From the NCBI GenBank assembly GCA_905178155.1, contig CAJINV010000011.1, forward strand, positions 3,591,076 to 3,655,075: a DNA stretch of 64,000 nt, in the 5' to 3' direction. This stretch comes from Amoebophrya sp. A120 (taxonomy: Eukaryota > Protista > Dinoflagellata). Position 1 is the stretch's first letter; every line of letters begins with the position of its first letter. Positions 25,998 through 40,300 of this stretch are shown piece after piece. The notes under the pieces were generated by a model. The model was given only the letters and a program-made list of their open reading frames with translations. It was not told where the DNA came from and did no database searches. The position numbers and the translations under genes were made by a program.

Positions 25998-28323
25998 ATT
26001 AATACAGGAACAACAACCCTGGTGGCGGGGGAATGATAGGATTAGGAAATGAAGACTACAAAGCTATTAAGATTAACATTATCTGGATCACCGGTGATGA
26101 TGAAGGTGCACGTGCTGGCACCCGGGAGTGTAAGATGCATGTGCTGTAAGGACAACATTCAACACGTCTAAGCTGAAGGAAAGGTTTTGAGAACTACGGT
26201 TCCTAGGTACCGATAGCAGTGCCTATAACGGATGTTTCTGTCTTCTGTATTTTTGATACAAAAGTTTTGATAACTGATGTTTTTGTCTTATGTATTTGCA
26301 CCACGGGCATGACGACGTATTCAGCCTGTTGCCAAGTACCTAAGATGGAGGAGCTGTATAAGACGAACAGAAAGAAGAGACGGACTATGGCGGAAGGATG
26401 GAAAGTGCGAGGGAGAGGGTGCTACTGATATAAAGAAACAAGCAATACTGCTACGAAGACGTTTTCGAAAAAGATAGAAGATCGACACATCTTAAGAAAC
26501 CACTTTATATATAGGTAGCGTCTGACCCGCGGGCGGCTACAAGAAAGAGCATGGAAAAACCAACAACCAGCAATAAAAGTCCTACTCATCTCTATGCAAC
26601 AACTCTACGCGTAAGATTTTACTACTAAAGCTAGATGCAGCACCGTACTACAAGATCTATTTATACGCAGGGTGTTGACAGAGTAGCTAAACTGCAAGAC
26701 AAACGGAACAAAAACAACAACTACAACAAGAAGAAGAACAGCAAGACAAACATAAAAAACAGCATGACAAATTAAGAAGTGAAGTGATGCGGCAAAGTTG
26801 GGGGAGTTGGAAAATACGCATGACAGACTCACTATTTCTTAAACGTGTTGACGTTTTTCGGACTTAGAAAGTTGAAGACTTATTTGAAAAATCATGAACG
26901 ACTACGCGCGGGCGACGACAAGAAGATGACTTTTGTGTGTTCTGCCAACCCTTTGCACATGCCACCAAGGGAAAGACTCTCGAGAGAATATCCTTCTCAC
27001 TCTACTATATCTGACGGTGACGGCCAAAAGTCGCCCTCCTGTCGTCGATGAGGGCAAGACCATAAAAATTATTGCCTTCTTTATATTGATGAAATCTCGG
27101 TCCTCCGTTTTTTTCATTGTTTGCGCAGGTTCTCATTGTATCTACTATCATGATGTCGAAGTCGCAACCGCAAGCAGGACGACAAGGTCCTACATGATCG
27201 CATGCGTGGCCACTTGATGACGACTATCGAGCGTCCGAAGTTCAACATCGCTAGTACCAGCTAGTCTGATCATGTAATTGTATCGGAAAAATCTTTATCA
27301 ATTGTTCGTGCTCGTTGTATGCAGGAGGATGATACAATTACAACTGCCGTTTAGTGATGACTTTCGATTTTTACATGGATCCACCTCGCATGCAATGAAT
27401 ACAAACATAATTTTTTTAATTTTGAAGCAAGAGCGGCCGAGGTTTGTGCTTGTGGTCTGTGGCAAGCATTCGGAAAAAAGTTTGTTGCATTTTTTGCCAG
27501 TACAGGTACACGTCGGAGCTTGAGCTCGTGCTTGCTGTTCTGGTGATGGTCTATTCGTGATAAGTAAAAGTACTCCTGATAGCTATTTTGGATCTGGATT
27601 TTTTTGATGTTTTTGCAGGCCCTCAGTGATCTGGTATTAACCAAGGCATGTGATCATCTTCCTGTTAGCAGTGTTTTATTAGTAAAGTGAGTTTATTGTG
27701 TGTGAAATTGAAGCCTTCATCTACCCTCGCAAAGAGCACAATTATCGTCCTCCCGCCCTGACTATGATGTTCACGTCATTTATGAAAATACAAGATCGGG
27801 GGCTCCCACACACTAAGTACCGCCCATATGTTCTTGACTCCAGACTTGCGTTCCTTTTCCTCTTTAAGGAACTTAAAGCTTTAGCTTTTCTTTTAAAACA
27901 AAATCAAAAAGCTTTCTTTTTCAAGTCGATGACTCCTCCCAGCCGAGCACGGCGTTTTCGTCGTGGTTTACAACATTCGAAGGAGGTTGTTCCAGGTCTC
28001 AATCACAATCGCACCTGCTCAAGAATATCCTGGAGGCGAGTCTTGGAAAATTATACATTCGCAGAGGCCAACACGACGGACACCAGAAGTGCGACTACCA
28101 CCCTCAACCTCCGTCGGCGGGCAGAGGTAGACACACAGCAGGTCCTCGGGGGCAGAAAATGGCACGCGCGGACGGGCTGGTGCACTGGGATTGTTGTTCC
28201 AACTATTTACGCTCACCGGAATAAACGGCGATGTACGGCTTAAATTGGCTAGCGACCTGTGGGTAAGTAGAAAAACGAGAATCAGCTGAGCCTGAGCGGA
28301 GTCAACATTGACTGCGCGCAATC

Positions 28324-31300
28324 ATGTCAGCTTCCGGTGCAGAGCAGGCACAGATAAATTCGGGCAATGTTTTAAATTCGCCACCGGTTCCTGCCGTAGT
28401 TCCTGTGTGCCTGCGACTCAAGCAAGCGACCCCCTGGAGTCTACGACTGTACATCACGGGCCTGGAAGGACTTCTAGTTGGAGAGGGACCTACGAGGAGC
28501 ACCACTAGTAGCTCTGGTAGTACACCAACACCTGCTGCAGCATCTAGTACTTTTGCAGGAGAGAACCTCCAGCCTGCTTGTTCGCTCGAAAATGCGCGGT
28601 TTCAGGTGACCGTGCAGTACTTCAAGAGCCATGACTACTCGGTTCTCAGGGCATTTCGGTCTACCACCACCAAGGCGTTTTTGGTACACGCCGCGAAGAA
28701 TGAAGACACAAGGACTACTAGTGCGGAAACGGACCAGCAGTCCCCTCCAGGAAGAGGAGGAGGAACATCTTCTCCGAGTGTTACTGGTGCTAAAACAAGC
28801 CGGACCTCATCGTCGAACAACCATCAATTCGAGTCAGGGAGCTTTTGCCTCACCGACTTAGAGCCGGGAACAGGGTAAGGAAGCAAAGTTTCTATTGTAG
28901 TAAGAAAGTCGGTCCGCAGCTTCGCGGGACTATAGAAAGGAAACAAGGCAAGAAACGCGTGAGTAAGTAGTATGCTTTTTATGGCATAAATATGCATGAT
29001 CTTATGTATTTCCCGTCACCTCTAGATTAGACACACAAGCTGCATTTTTTAGGTCGTTCGCATTATGTGCACCGGAAGGCTGACGGGGAAGGCTTACGGC
29101 ACGATGCGTTGTAGACTCATGATGTCACCATCTGTCGTAGCCCCCTCGTCCTATCTACCTTCACTAGAAGATCCTTGTGCTTCATCAAGGACAGACACCA
29201 CAACCACTACAGGTACGACGTGCGCTTTGTAGTAGAACGCATTGAAGACACGACGACAACCTCTGCCAGCAGCTCCGCCGCGACGTCGAGCGAAGATCCT
29301 CTTCCTTCGAAGGCCGAGCTGTTGAGTGGGTCCCCGGTTGTGGTAGAAGCGAATGCGAACACGAAAACATATTCCGAGTACCTGAACTTTGCCACCGTGC
29401 CGCGGCTGCGCGGGCCCTGTCCGTTGCAACTCGTCCACGATGCGCACTGCAGCAGGGCCCGGCTCCAGTGGCCGGCCGTGGAGTGCGGTTCGGGCGACAT
29501 TGGCGCCTATGTGGTGCAGTACGTCGAGACCCCGGACCCCTCGCGCGCCAACCCGGCGAAGCTTTTCGCGGAAGGCTCGAAGCAGCTCAGGGAGTTACGG
29601 GTGCCCGCAATTTTTTGCAACGATTCCTCGTCGGAGCCGCCAGGGACAGGTAAAATTACAGGCAGAAGGTTGCGCGGCGAGCAGCAGACGGTCGTGAATC
29701 TCCAGAGCGGTGCTGGTGCCCGTGTTGATCAAAAAGTGGCGTTTTTCGATAGCAATGCGGTGAAAGCAGAGGACTTCGAGGACGGTTCTGTGGCACAGGT
29801 CGTGTTGCGAGTTGACGCAGAAGATCTGTCGGAAACTGAGGGTGCATCAAAAACCGCAGATGATCATGAACTTGATGCAGGGAAGATGAATGTTGAAGCA
29901 TCAATACCAGCAGCCGAGAATAGTACTAGCGTCAGGGGAAGCGTGAATTTTTGGCTGACAGATTTGTCCCCTCTGAAGCACTACCTAGTCCGGGTTGCGG
30001 CGCTAGATCCCTCCTTGTCAAAAGGCGGCATTCTGACTGCTGGTGTCAGTCTCAGTACGAAGACACAGTCATCCAGCCCCGACAAGGAAGACGATCAACT
30101 GCGAAGCGCGACTACCGGGGGTGATAAAAATGTCGAAACAGCACTAGGCCGCACGGCAAGCGAAAGGGAGCCTGGTGGTACAAGAAGTGCAACCACGAGC
30201 GCAACAACGAACAAGTACTACTACACGCCTGCGCATCTGTCAGCGCTGAACGTGCACCAATTTTCGGAAGTGCTTGCGGTCCAGGCCGGGCGCGTGGCGC
30301 CCGCAGTGAGCCAGACGAGTGTGCTGCAGATCTGTGCTTCGCACACCGAAGCCTTGGTTGGTTTCTCGCTAGCGAGCACGAGCACAGACGAAGCGCCGTC
30401 GACCTTTCGGTTGCGGATTCAGCCCCACATCAGTGCGGCCGGAAAGAAGAACACGGCGGTGGAGCAGATTGTGATGGTTACCGAAGCGGAAGCGAGAGAG
30501 CTCGGGGAGCAAGTCAGAGAAGTTTTACGCTCACACTCGGCCGATGTACGGACCGCGCTTTCGGCGTCGGGTTCCTCCATAGTGGATCAGACCGGCGGTT
30601 GTACCAAAGGCGCGACGGCTAGTGACCACGAAGAAGGGGGAAAAATTGGAAAAGAGTTGATGCAAGAAAGCGGAAAAAACGCAGTTTCCTCATCATTGGC
30701 AACAAGACAAGATAAGAAATTCTCCGACCGGACGCAGGGTACAAGATACGGGCCACCTGGAGGTGGTGAGGACATCATAAAGGAAAGCATATTCGACACC
30801 CAGGCGGAGCAAATCGAGGAGAGCATCTCGGCCCACCTAATGGGCTTTCCGTTCTGGAACCGGCGGCCGCACCTCTTTGTTGGCAGCGGGGAGGACATTC
30901 TGTCTGCGCCGCGTCTTGTTTGGACGCAGGGTGGCAAGGTCGCCACCAAGCTTGACGCCCCCCGACCAAACCCCGCGGCAACGAGCAGCGACGAGCGGTT
31001 TCGCGCTCAGCTGGACGCTGATTTGTTTCAGTACGCCGTGCGGATCCCGCTGAAAACAACTCCTGGGGGAAGGACACAGACGCAGCCGTCGCCTGATGCT
31101 CCACGAACTAATGTAGGGACGCAAGGCGAAAACGCGGTTCCGGCCGCACTAGGGGCGAGCGCAGGGGACTCGGACGCAGTGTCCAGTGTGCCAGCATCCG
31201 CAGCTGCAATAAAACCAGGAGTAGTACCATCATCACCAACAAAGGGCGCACCATTAGAACAAGCAGAGCCACAAGGTTCTTCGCCATCAGCCAGAGGTCC

Positions 31301-34300
31301 TGCGTCTGCTTTGACCAAGCCAGCAGCTGCAACAGCAGCAGAGATGATCATACCAGCGAGCAACAAGCCCGCTGGAACTACCGCCGCAGAACTGCAGCAG
31401 CAAGCTATTCTGAGCGCAAGCGTGACGGTCAGTTGTGCCTCGGAGCTGGGTGAAAACGCCGTGGACGTTTCTGAGCTGGAGGTTCAGCTCCGCGGTATCC
31501 CGACCGTGGACGATCCCATGGACATCGTGGCCAGCACGACACACGACACGGTTTATTTTGACATCTGGATGCCGGACCCGACGGCGGAGGATACCGAGTT
31601 GCTAGACAGTTGCAGAACGCTGCAAGTGCAGGACATTTTGATCCAGCGCGAGCTAGAGGCCACGGGTTATTTCGGCAGCAAGCACCGGTTGTGGTCGGAA
31701 CCCGAAATTCTGCAGGTAGAATCGAATTTTCGAATGTACCAAACCGGAAACATGTTCTATTCGACGCCTGATGGATCAACTGCGATGTCACAAGTCGCGG
31801 TTGCACCAGGCGGCACGAGAAAGAACAATAAGCACCAGAGAAAGAACGCCGAAGATTCGCCCGCGGCAGTACTCGGGAAGAACGACAGTGGTGAGGGGGG
31901 CGAATTCCTATCACGGCCGACAACCTCCAAAGCCGCACGGCACCAGCTTGCGCGGTACGACGAAGCGGATTTGATGCTGCGATTCAACAACAGCGCGCAG
32001 CAAAGCACCAGCTCTTCTTCATCTCCGCCCTCCCCGATTCGCAGCGACGAGCAGGGGGAGAGTCCGGACGGGTCGATTTCCCCGCGACAGAAGCGGCGCG
32101 CGCAGTGGGACCAGCGCATCCGGATGCGCAAGTTCGTGAAAGTCAGGGGAAAGGTCGCGACCGGGCTCCTGCCGGAGACGAGGTACGTGTTTCAGCTCGC
32201 CGGGCGCACGGAGGACGGGCACGTCGGCAAATACCAGCAGATTGAGGTGCGAACCAAGAAGATCGCGCCCAGCATGGAACAGGTGCGGCTGAGCGTGCAC
32301 GAGAAAAACCGTAGCAGTTTGCTTTTGAAATGGGAGAACCCAACCTTTGACCGGGAAGATTTGGTCGAGGCGCACCTCGGATATTGCCTGAAAATTAACC
32401 ATCGCCATCCACTTTTTGCATGACAAACACAGACTTTACTACATGTTTTGCATGACAAGTTTGATGGGGATGTTTAATTTTCAGGGAATATCGGACTCAA
32501 CAAAATCATCGGCTACCACCTGCGCCACAAGAAGAAGGGCGACGCGAGTTGGCAGGAGCTGCACAAGATCGCCGTGCCCACAGAACTACTCACCTCAGGG
32601 GTGGATCTGGACCACCTGGCGGAAGTGGATCATCAAAGTGGTAACATTCCTTCTTCCCGTCCAGAAATCGATCTCTCCACCGGCAGATTGATTTCTTCCG
32701 ACAGCTCTGCGTCCGCGGTAAGCAGCTCGGACAACCGACCAGGTTCGCCGCTCTCCCGGTCAGCGTCCTCTTTCAGCTACAGCAACTTGCATCTGGTGTC
32801 AAATTTGGCCTCCTCCTCGCGAAAGGCAGCCGTGGACGGCGCGAGCAAGGTCGACCCGGCCTTGAAGGTGGAGACGTTCCACGATATGGAATCCGGCGGG
32901 TCAAACACCATGATCACCGTCACGCCCCCGTCGGGCTCGGCGCGGCTGTACCGACAGGGAAAGTCCCCCAGCTTCGCGTCGTCGAATGCGAAGTCGGCCG
33001 CGAGTAGAATCATTGCAGGTCAGCATCAAGTTGTACCAGCCGAAGCCGCGGGCACTACCCCGACAACAAACGACGAATTAGATGACCAGCAGCACATGCA
33101 GCCAAGTTACTTGCTGTTGCAAAACAGTCTCGGCCAGGATGACGCGGTTGCCACCACCGCTGCGCTGCAACAGCGCAGTGCGAACAAGCGAGCCCTGTTT
33201 CAACATCTTGGAACATCAAACGAGAGTGAGAGCTCCTTCCCGCCTTCATCTAACTCTGCGTCCTCAGATCCTCTGGACAAAATTCCCGAGTCCACCTCCA
33301 CGACAGAATCCCTGCTTGATCCGAAGGGGTCTTCTCCGGCCGGGGCAGTGGATTTGATGTATGCACGAGGAGGGGCCGCTGGGTTGATGAAGCTGACGGC
33401 TTTCCCTTCCGGGACCACAGCTGAGGAATCTGAGAACCAGCAGCTTCCCGGGAAGCCCATTTCAAACGCGGTCTTGTTTCGCCGCCGGGCCGGGGTGAAC
33501 GAAGTAGATGTGTATGTCTCATCTTCTGGAACTGGACGAGTAGATGAAACTACACACCTTGAAGTAGATGGCTCTGGGCACAATTATTCCATCGACGACA
33601 GCGACGTGCAGCCGTGGATCGTGAGTGAGGTGGAGAACTTGGCGCCGCTGACCACCTACGTGTTCGAAATTGCGGCGGTCACAGACCGTGGCGTGGGCGC
33701 GTTTTCCAACGAATACAGCTTCACCACGCTCGGGCCGGCGCCGGACTTGGGCAAGCCCAGCGCGGTGGTGGTGCGGCCGAATAAAGTGCTGCTCAGTGTC
33801 GATCTGCAGCTGGCGAACGATCCGGATAATTTGCGCTTGCTCTCCGACTTGTCAGCCTTTCAGGTGCGCTTTTACGAGACCGGATTGTTGTCTAAGTGGG
33901 AGGAGAGGCAGGTGCTGATGTGGCATTTGCTGGTCGACGGTGAACAGGAAATTTTGGAACAAGAGGAATCCGCCAGCAGCCCGACGCTACTCGGACCCAG
34001 AGGACGAACAAATCGGTCGCCCTTTTTGCTAAATTTCTGTGCGCGAATGCTGGGCGAAAAGAACGAGGCTGCAGAAAGTTTATCGTTGACAGACGGAACC
34101 AAATCGCAGCCTACAACGACCGCACTAAGCGCTGTGTCCACGCCAGTGCAGCAACAGCACACTTCGGGCGACAAGGGTTTACGTGAGCATCTGCTAATGG
34201 AAGAGTTTCAGGAGAGCAAAGAAACTGCAATTTCCCCCGCAATTATCCGCGACCAGGCTGGTTTTTACGCGCAACTGATGCGACTGCGGCAAGACCCCGA

Positions 34301-37300
34301 CGCAAATCTGCGGGTGTTCGCGGAGATCACGAATTTGCAGCCCGACAGGAAGTACATCTTCCAAGTCTGCGCAAGAACCCGGTGCGGGCTGGGTAAGTGG
34401 AGCGTGGACAGCGAAGTCGTGGCGACGCACCGTCTTTGCCCGGTCGTGATGAAGCCACAGGTGATGGATACCTCGATAGCCGGGGTGCGCGCGAACTACC
34501 TGCTGTACCATGACGAGCTGATCCGCGAGCACCGCTCGCAAGCTGACCGCGCGATTGCGGGGATGGTAGTGGTGAATCCGAGTCAGATAAACCCAAAAGC
34601 ATCCAATCAACTTTTGCAGGGAATCGGAGCAAAGACAACCCTGCAGGAGCTGTATGAGCAAGCTATAGCCACGACAAAAAGTGTTGAAGACCGCATGAAA
34701 CAAGTTGGCGACTACATCGATTCTGAAGAGGTTGAAGGCAGCCTAGGGACTGCAGAACATGAAATGTTTCTGCCTCCATTGGTTTCAGCCTCCTCCTCCG
34801 CGACGCTTCTGAGCCTGGAGAGCGGCAAACTGCTGTTCACGGAGAAGGGGATGGCGGAGCTCTTCAACACATCGGGTAGTTCTTCCGCCACTGCAACAGC
34901 AGCGCAAAAGGACAACTTGCCAAAAGAGAGAAAAGCGGAACTTGATTCTGCACGGAGTGCCATTGCCGATCTTCCCATGTTGCCGCAATGGGTCCAAGAC
35001 GTGAACCACCGATGGAATGAAGTAGCGGTCGTTTACAACGGTGGCATGGAGTTCCGGCCGACTGTGGAGAGCTTTATTTCAACACCCGACATCAACAACA
35101 GGGGACACCAGGCGGGTGGAAATTATGCTAATACGACGAATGCGACTACATCTCTGGCAGCTGATCATGCCGTCGCCTTTTCGCCGATTCGGACCAACAA
35201 GCAGCAGCACGAACTTTCCTTCGCGCGCGCAGCAAATAACGCTGGCCGCTCTTTCAGCCCTCATTTGATGGAGGCAAGCAGCCTAATGGCCTCGCCGGTG
35301 CTGGACCTGCAGCATCGGTTGCAAGGGCAGCCCTTGTTGATGTCGCAGCTCGCGCCGACCAGCAGCTCAGTGCCGGTATTCACCGACGTCGCCATCGGTT
35401 TGGCTTGGCGTTGCCCGCTGGCGAAGGGAAATAGCGTCGATTTACTGGATCCGTTTGTGGGCCGGAACAACAACTACAGAGGGAAGATGAACCAATATCA
35501 CAGCAGAAATAACCTAACGACGTCGGACTTGCTGCGGACGCGAGGTGTGGGCAATTCGGTGAGTGAGCAAATTGCGAGTAGCCCGGGCACGATGGGCATC
35601 GCGACTTCGGCAACTTCTTCGACTGTAGGCGGTGCGGCGGCACTTGACAGCAGCACGACGCCTAGTTCATCCTTGCAGCAGCTTCCTTACTGTGTGGATA
35701 ACATCCCGCTGTACTACGAGATTCGCTATCGCCCCGTGGATCCCGAGACGCTGAAAGAGCTCGGACCCTGGAAGCACTTTCGGTGCACGGCGAATCACGA
35801 GTTGAAAGTTTCAGAGAATTCCTTAGCCGACGTCAGCGAAGGAGAGCTGGTTGCTGTGTTCGGGTCCTGCAGCGCTGAGCAACTTCACTACAGCGAGAAT
35901 TCTTCACCTCCTGTGTCCCCTTTAGCGGACCAAGCGAACGCGCTCGCAGACGCGATTCTGAACACCTGGACGCCGCAGCAGGAAGAGTGGGGACGCCGTT
36001 TGCGGGGGTCTCTGCAATCAAAACGCGTGCAGCTACTCCGAGCGCGAGGGACGTCTGACCACTACAACATCTTCAAGCAGGTGAACTTCACGAAAGACGG
36101 CTTTTCCGTTCTCGAATTTGCCCATCAGCTTTCGCAGCACGCAACCCTGCAGGACAGCTTACGGTCCGTTCTCGCCAGTTGTGATTTGTCGGAAGAGAAC
36201 CTCTCGAAGTTTTCTGAAATTACCACCGTGCTTGTCCCAGACTTAGACCCGAACACGGCGTATGCGTTTCAAATCAGACCTGTTACGCATTTCCAATTAG
36301 CCCAGTTGTGGCAAAAGAACAGCAAGATCTTCCACCACGAGGCCCAGCGCCAGTTGGAGAGTATCCCCCGCGGCCCGAAGATCCAGAGTTTGGTCGACAT
36401 TTCGTTTCAGTCCCTTTCCAACGCGTTCGTTTTCGAAAAACAATTTTCCGAATCCAGCTCCTTGATCGGCACACTGGATGTCGCCCCCGTGATTCGCAAG
36501 GTGCAAGTTGCCGAAACGACGACGACCACCGCGACCTTCTTCTGGTGCGCGACGGAGCTCCAGCCGTTACTGCTACCGAAATTGCAGTTGCAAAGCTTCG
36601 AAATCCAGCACTACTCGAAGCGGAACGGGAAGATTTCTGGCGAAGTTACCACCGTGTTTGTGAAGCGCGACCAATGCTTCCTGCAGAGCAAGGTGTTGGA
36701 CAACGGCGTTGCTTTGGTCCGAAGGCTGCGCTCAGAATTGGAAGATGAGGACTTGAGATCTTCCACAAGCCCGTTCATGAGCGCGCAGAGCTCGAAAAAC
36801 AGCACGACAGGTGGCACTGCGAACAGTACAGGTGGCGCAGTTGCGACCAAAAAGGACCAAATCAAGAAGCACGTGGGTACAACACCGTCTGCTGGTGGAA
36901 GTGCCGTCAAAGCCAGCACCAGCAGAGTGAACGATTCCAACAAGAATGTTCAGAACCTTGCCACCGCGACATCTACCTTGCAGTCCCCGCCAGCACATAA
37001 AGTGAAAATAAACCCCACGTCGACCTCCACCGGCCGCGACTACTTCCTGGGTAACGCGAGTTCTCCGCTAGTCGCTTCCCCGAAGTTGTACACAGCTAGT
37101 TACAAGCAGCAGCTCGCGCAGTATTTCAGAAAGACCGAGCAGGAGATGCCGCCGTTCTTGGTGCGCTTTCTCTACGCGAAGCTGCAGGTGATCAATCTTG
37201 AGTCGGCTACCGACCATTTCGTGCGGATCCGCGCCGTCACTGCCGCCGGTCCGGGGCCGTGGTCCACCGAGAAGGCGTGTAAGACCACGCTCGCGCTGCC

Positions 37301-40300
37301 GCCACCAAATGCGCCGTCGTTGATCTTCGCGCAGGCGACGCAGCTAACCGTGGTCGTGGTTCTGGAGCAAGAGCAGCAGGGCCAGTTTCGGTTCTGGGAC
37401 TGCCGGCTGCACCACATGTCGCCGGAGGAAAAGAAGTGGACCAGTGGCGAATTTCGCATGTACGACAGCGCAATCCGGCAGCACGCGCCGCGGCGAATCC
37501 TGCTGCAGCTGGACGGGTTGACCCCCGGAGGCCATTACCAGTTGCAGGTGCGGGGGGTCACGGCCGACAATTTGACCAAGAGCAGCTGGAGCGAGAAGAG
37601 CCCGGTAATGGAGACGACGATAGGGGACAGTTTGAAAGAAGGGCTGAGTTCCGGGAAGGCGGATAATTTTGGTTCAGTAGCTGCTGTTGGGTCAGCATCA
37701 TCTTCATCTTCCAGAGGCGAGAGACTGTCGGGGACAGTAGCTTCCGCACAGCTCCTGGGAAGTGCTGTCTCCGGTACGGCAGGACGAGAGCTGCAGTTTG
37801 ACCAGGCCGGACACAGCAGGGTGCGACTCGACGGTGGAGAGGAAACGTTGAGCCACGAGCAGCACAACAAATTGCTAGCCGTGGCGGAAAGTACAAAGCA
37901 TTCGAAGGACGTCTCCACACTATCCGCGGATTCAGGGCGACAGCTGCAGACGTCGCTGGAGACGGTAAAATGTCATTCTGATCCACGTTTTTCTTGTTTC
38001 TCATCACTGTAAGTTGCACAAGGTCGTGCTGTGGTGTTGCTTCTCATCTTGTTGTGCTTTGTAGTTGACCTTGACGATATGCTGCTGGGATTGAGGACCT
38101 AAAACTAAAAGATCAAATCTAGTCGCACATCAAATAAACCTACTTACTTAAACCTATCAGATCCTCACCTTCGTCATCACCCGCGCGTTAAAAGGAGTGA
38201 CCCTCGCTTCCGTGGAGTACCGACCGGTGGACGTCGAAGCGCGCGCGCAGGCGCAGATGCACGGCGGCGCCGAGGAGGCCGTGCGATATTTGATCGACCA
38301 AGCAGAGAAATATGGAAATGAGGGCTTCAACGTGGAAGACGGCAGCGAAGCCTCCTACGGCGAGCAGTTCGCGAGGTACGCGAATACGACCCAATTGGTC
38401 GACTTCCTTGTCGGGCTGATTCCCGTGGTCGGTGTTCCCGGAGTGTTTCTCAAAGACATGTTTTTCCGCGTCCGGAATTGCGCATTGATCGCGGAATTGT
38501 ACGGTGTGGATACGCTGAACGACTTGGAGGCGCAAGCGATGATTTTGACTTGCTTGATTCCCGGACAAAACATCGAAAACATTCACCGAAGAAACCAGGA
38601 AAATTCATCATCTGCGGGTAGTGCGGATCAAGGTACTGGAGGTGGAGCAGCTTCCAATCTGCAGTACACAAGCACTACCTCGTCGGACGCGCCGGGTGGC
38701 ACGGGGGACCACAACTCCGACGCGAGTCCGAATCAAGGGGCCAGCTCATCTTCTACTTTCGCTGGGACCACGCGGCTCGATTCTGGCAGTACGACACCAC
38801 GCGGTTTAGACGGGATGCAGCCGGAAGACAGTGTCAGAATAGCGGCGTCGCCGAACACGATGAAAAGTGGTTTTGACGCGTCGATGAATAAGGGCATGAC
38901 CTACCAGACCGGGCTCAGTGGTGGCGGAGGAAATTATAGTACTGCAAGTTCATCTTCTGGTTCTGCGCAGTACAATTACGATGGTACGCCGATCACCAAT
39001 TTGTCCGAGATGGTGGACATTCACGACGTGCACGACATCACGACCGCCGTAGCGACGGCGGTGGTGAAGGAGGCGATCATTCTCGCGAGTGGAATCACAA
39101 AATTCTCCCGGTTGATTGACATTGTCGCGGATTTGGTCAGTTACAAGCCCGGACGCGCAAACTCCGTCGGTGCTAGTCCCGAGGCACTGGCTGCGAGCAT
39201 GTTCCAGCCGCAGCCGAAGACGGAGCAAATCCCGTACTTGGGCGGGTGCTTGTTTCTCTGGCTGCTGCCAATTATCATCTCCGGCGCGCGCTTTGTGTAC
39301 ACGAGGATCTTGCCGATCTTCCAAATCCCATTATTGTACCAGCAAGACCTGACCGTGGGATTAGTGTGTGCGATTTTGGCGATTGGGTGGACGACATCTC
39401 TTCCTCTGTTGTTAAACGCACAGGCATTGCGCGACTGGGCGACGCAGGCCTTGGCGTCGTTGCCGGCGTTTGTCGTTTTTGGCATCCACGCAGCTTTGCC
39501 CGGGATTGGCTGCTTCCTCGGCGCGCGGGACATTCTGACACCCTTGGTGGAGCATAGGCCAGCCTCTGGCGGGAAGTTGCTGATCTTTCTCGGGTCCTGC
39601 AGCATCCTGGCACAGTACGCGCGGTGGTGCGACGACGTTGAGCGCGCGAGCATGCTGGATGAGATTCCGCCGCCGAGATGGAGCCGATACAAGAACGAAG
39701 CGATCCGGATAAGAACGCTACTTTACCGGTTTTTGATCATCGTCTTTGTGTGGGAGGAGATTTTGGCAAGGTTTTTTCTGCTCCCGTTGTTGGGTTTACT
39801 TTTCCCAGAAGAAGAGGCGACTGGTGCGGCACAAGAACAGGCTACTGTTGGTGCAACGTCGTACTTCTCCAGCGGAGTTGCAACTCCAACTGCGTTGCAA
39901 GCGCAAGATGGAGCAACAGCTGGCACCGCGGAACAAGATATAGCTGTCAACCTCGTTCCTTCTTTCTCGGCCGCGAGGTTTAAGGTAATTTCTGAACCGG
40001 GCGCAACGTTGATGTATGAATTGCAAAAGTATCGTACTCGTATAAATGCATTACAAATAATTTCCTCAGCGTGAGAAATCAGATTTGCAATGCTGATTTA
40101 CCTGAAGAAAAGGATTTGTAATTCATGACTTCCATACGAGTGCGATATTTTTGCACAGGATATGATGAACTACCAAACCATATATTTCTTCGTCGGCCTC
40201 ATCGCTGCGACCGCGCAGGAGCACCTGATGGATTCGCTAACAAAACGAACGGTGCTGCTACGTCTTTTAGGTGCCAGATCTGCGATTTACGGTGGCGTGC

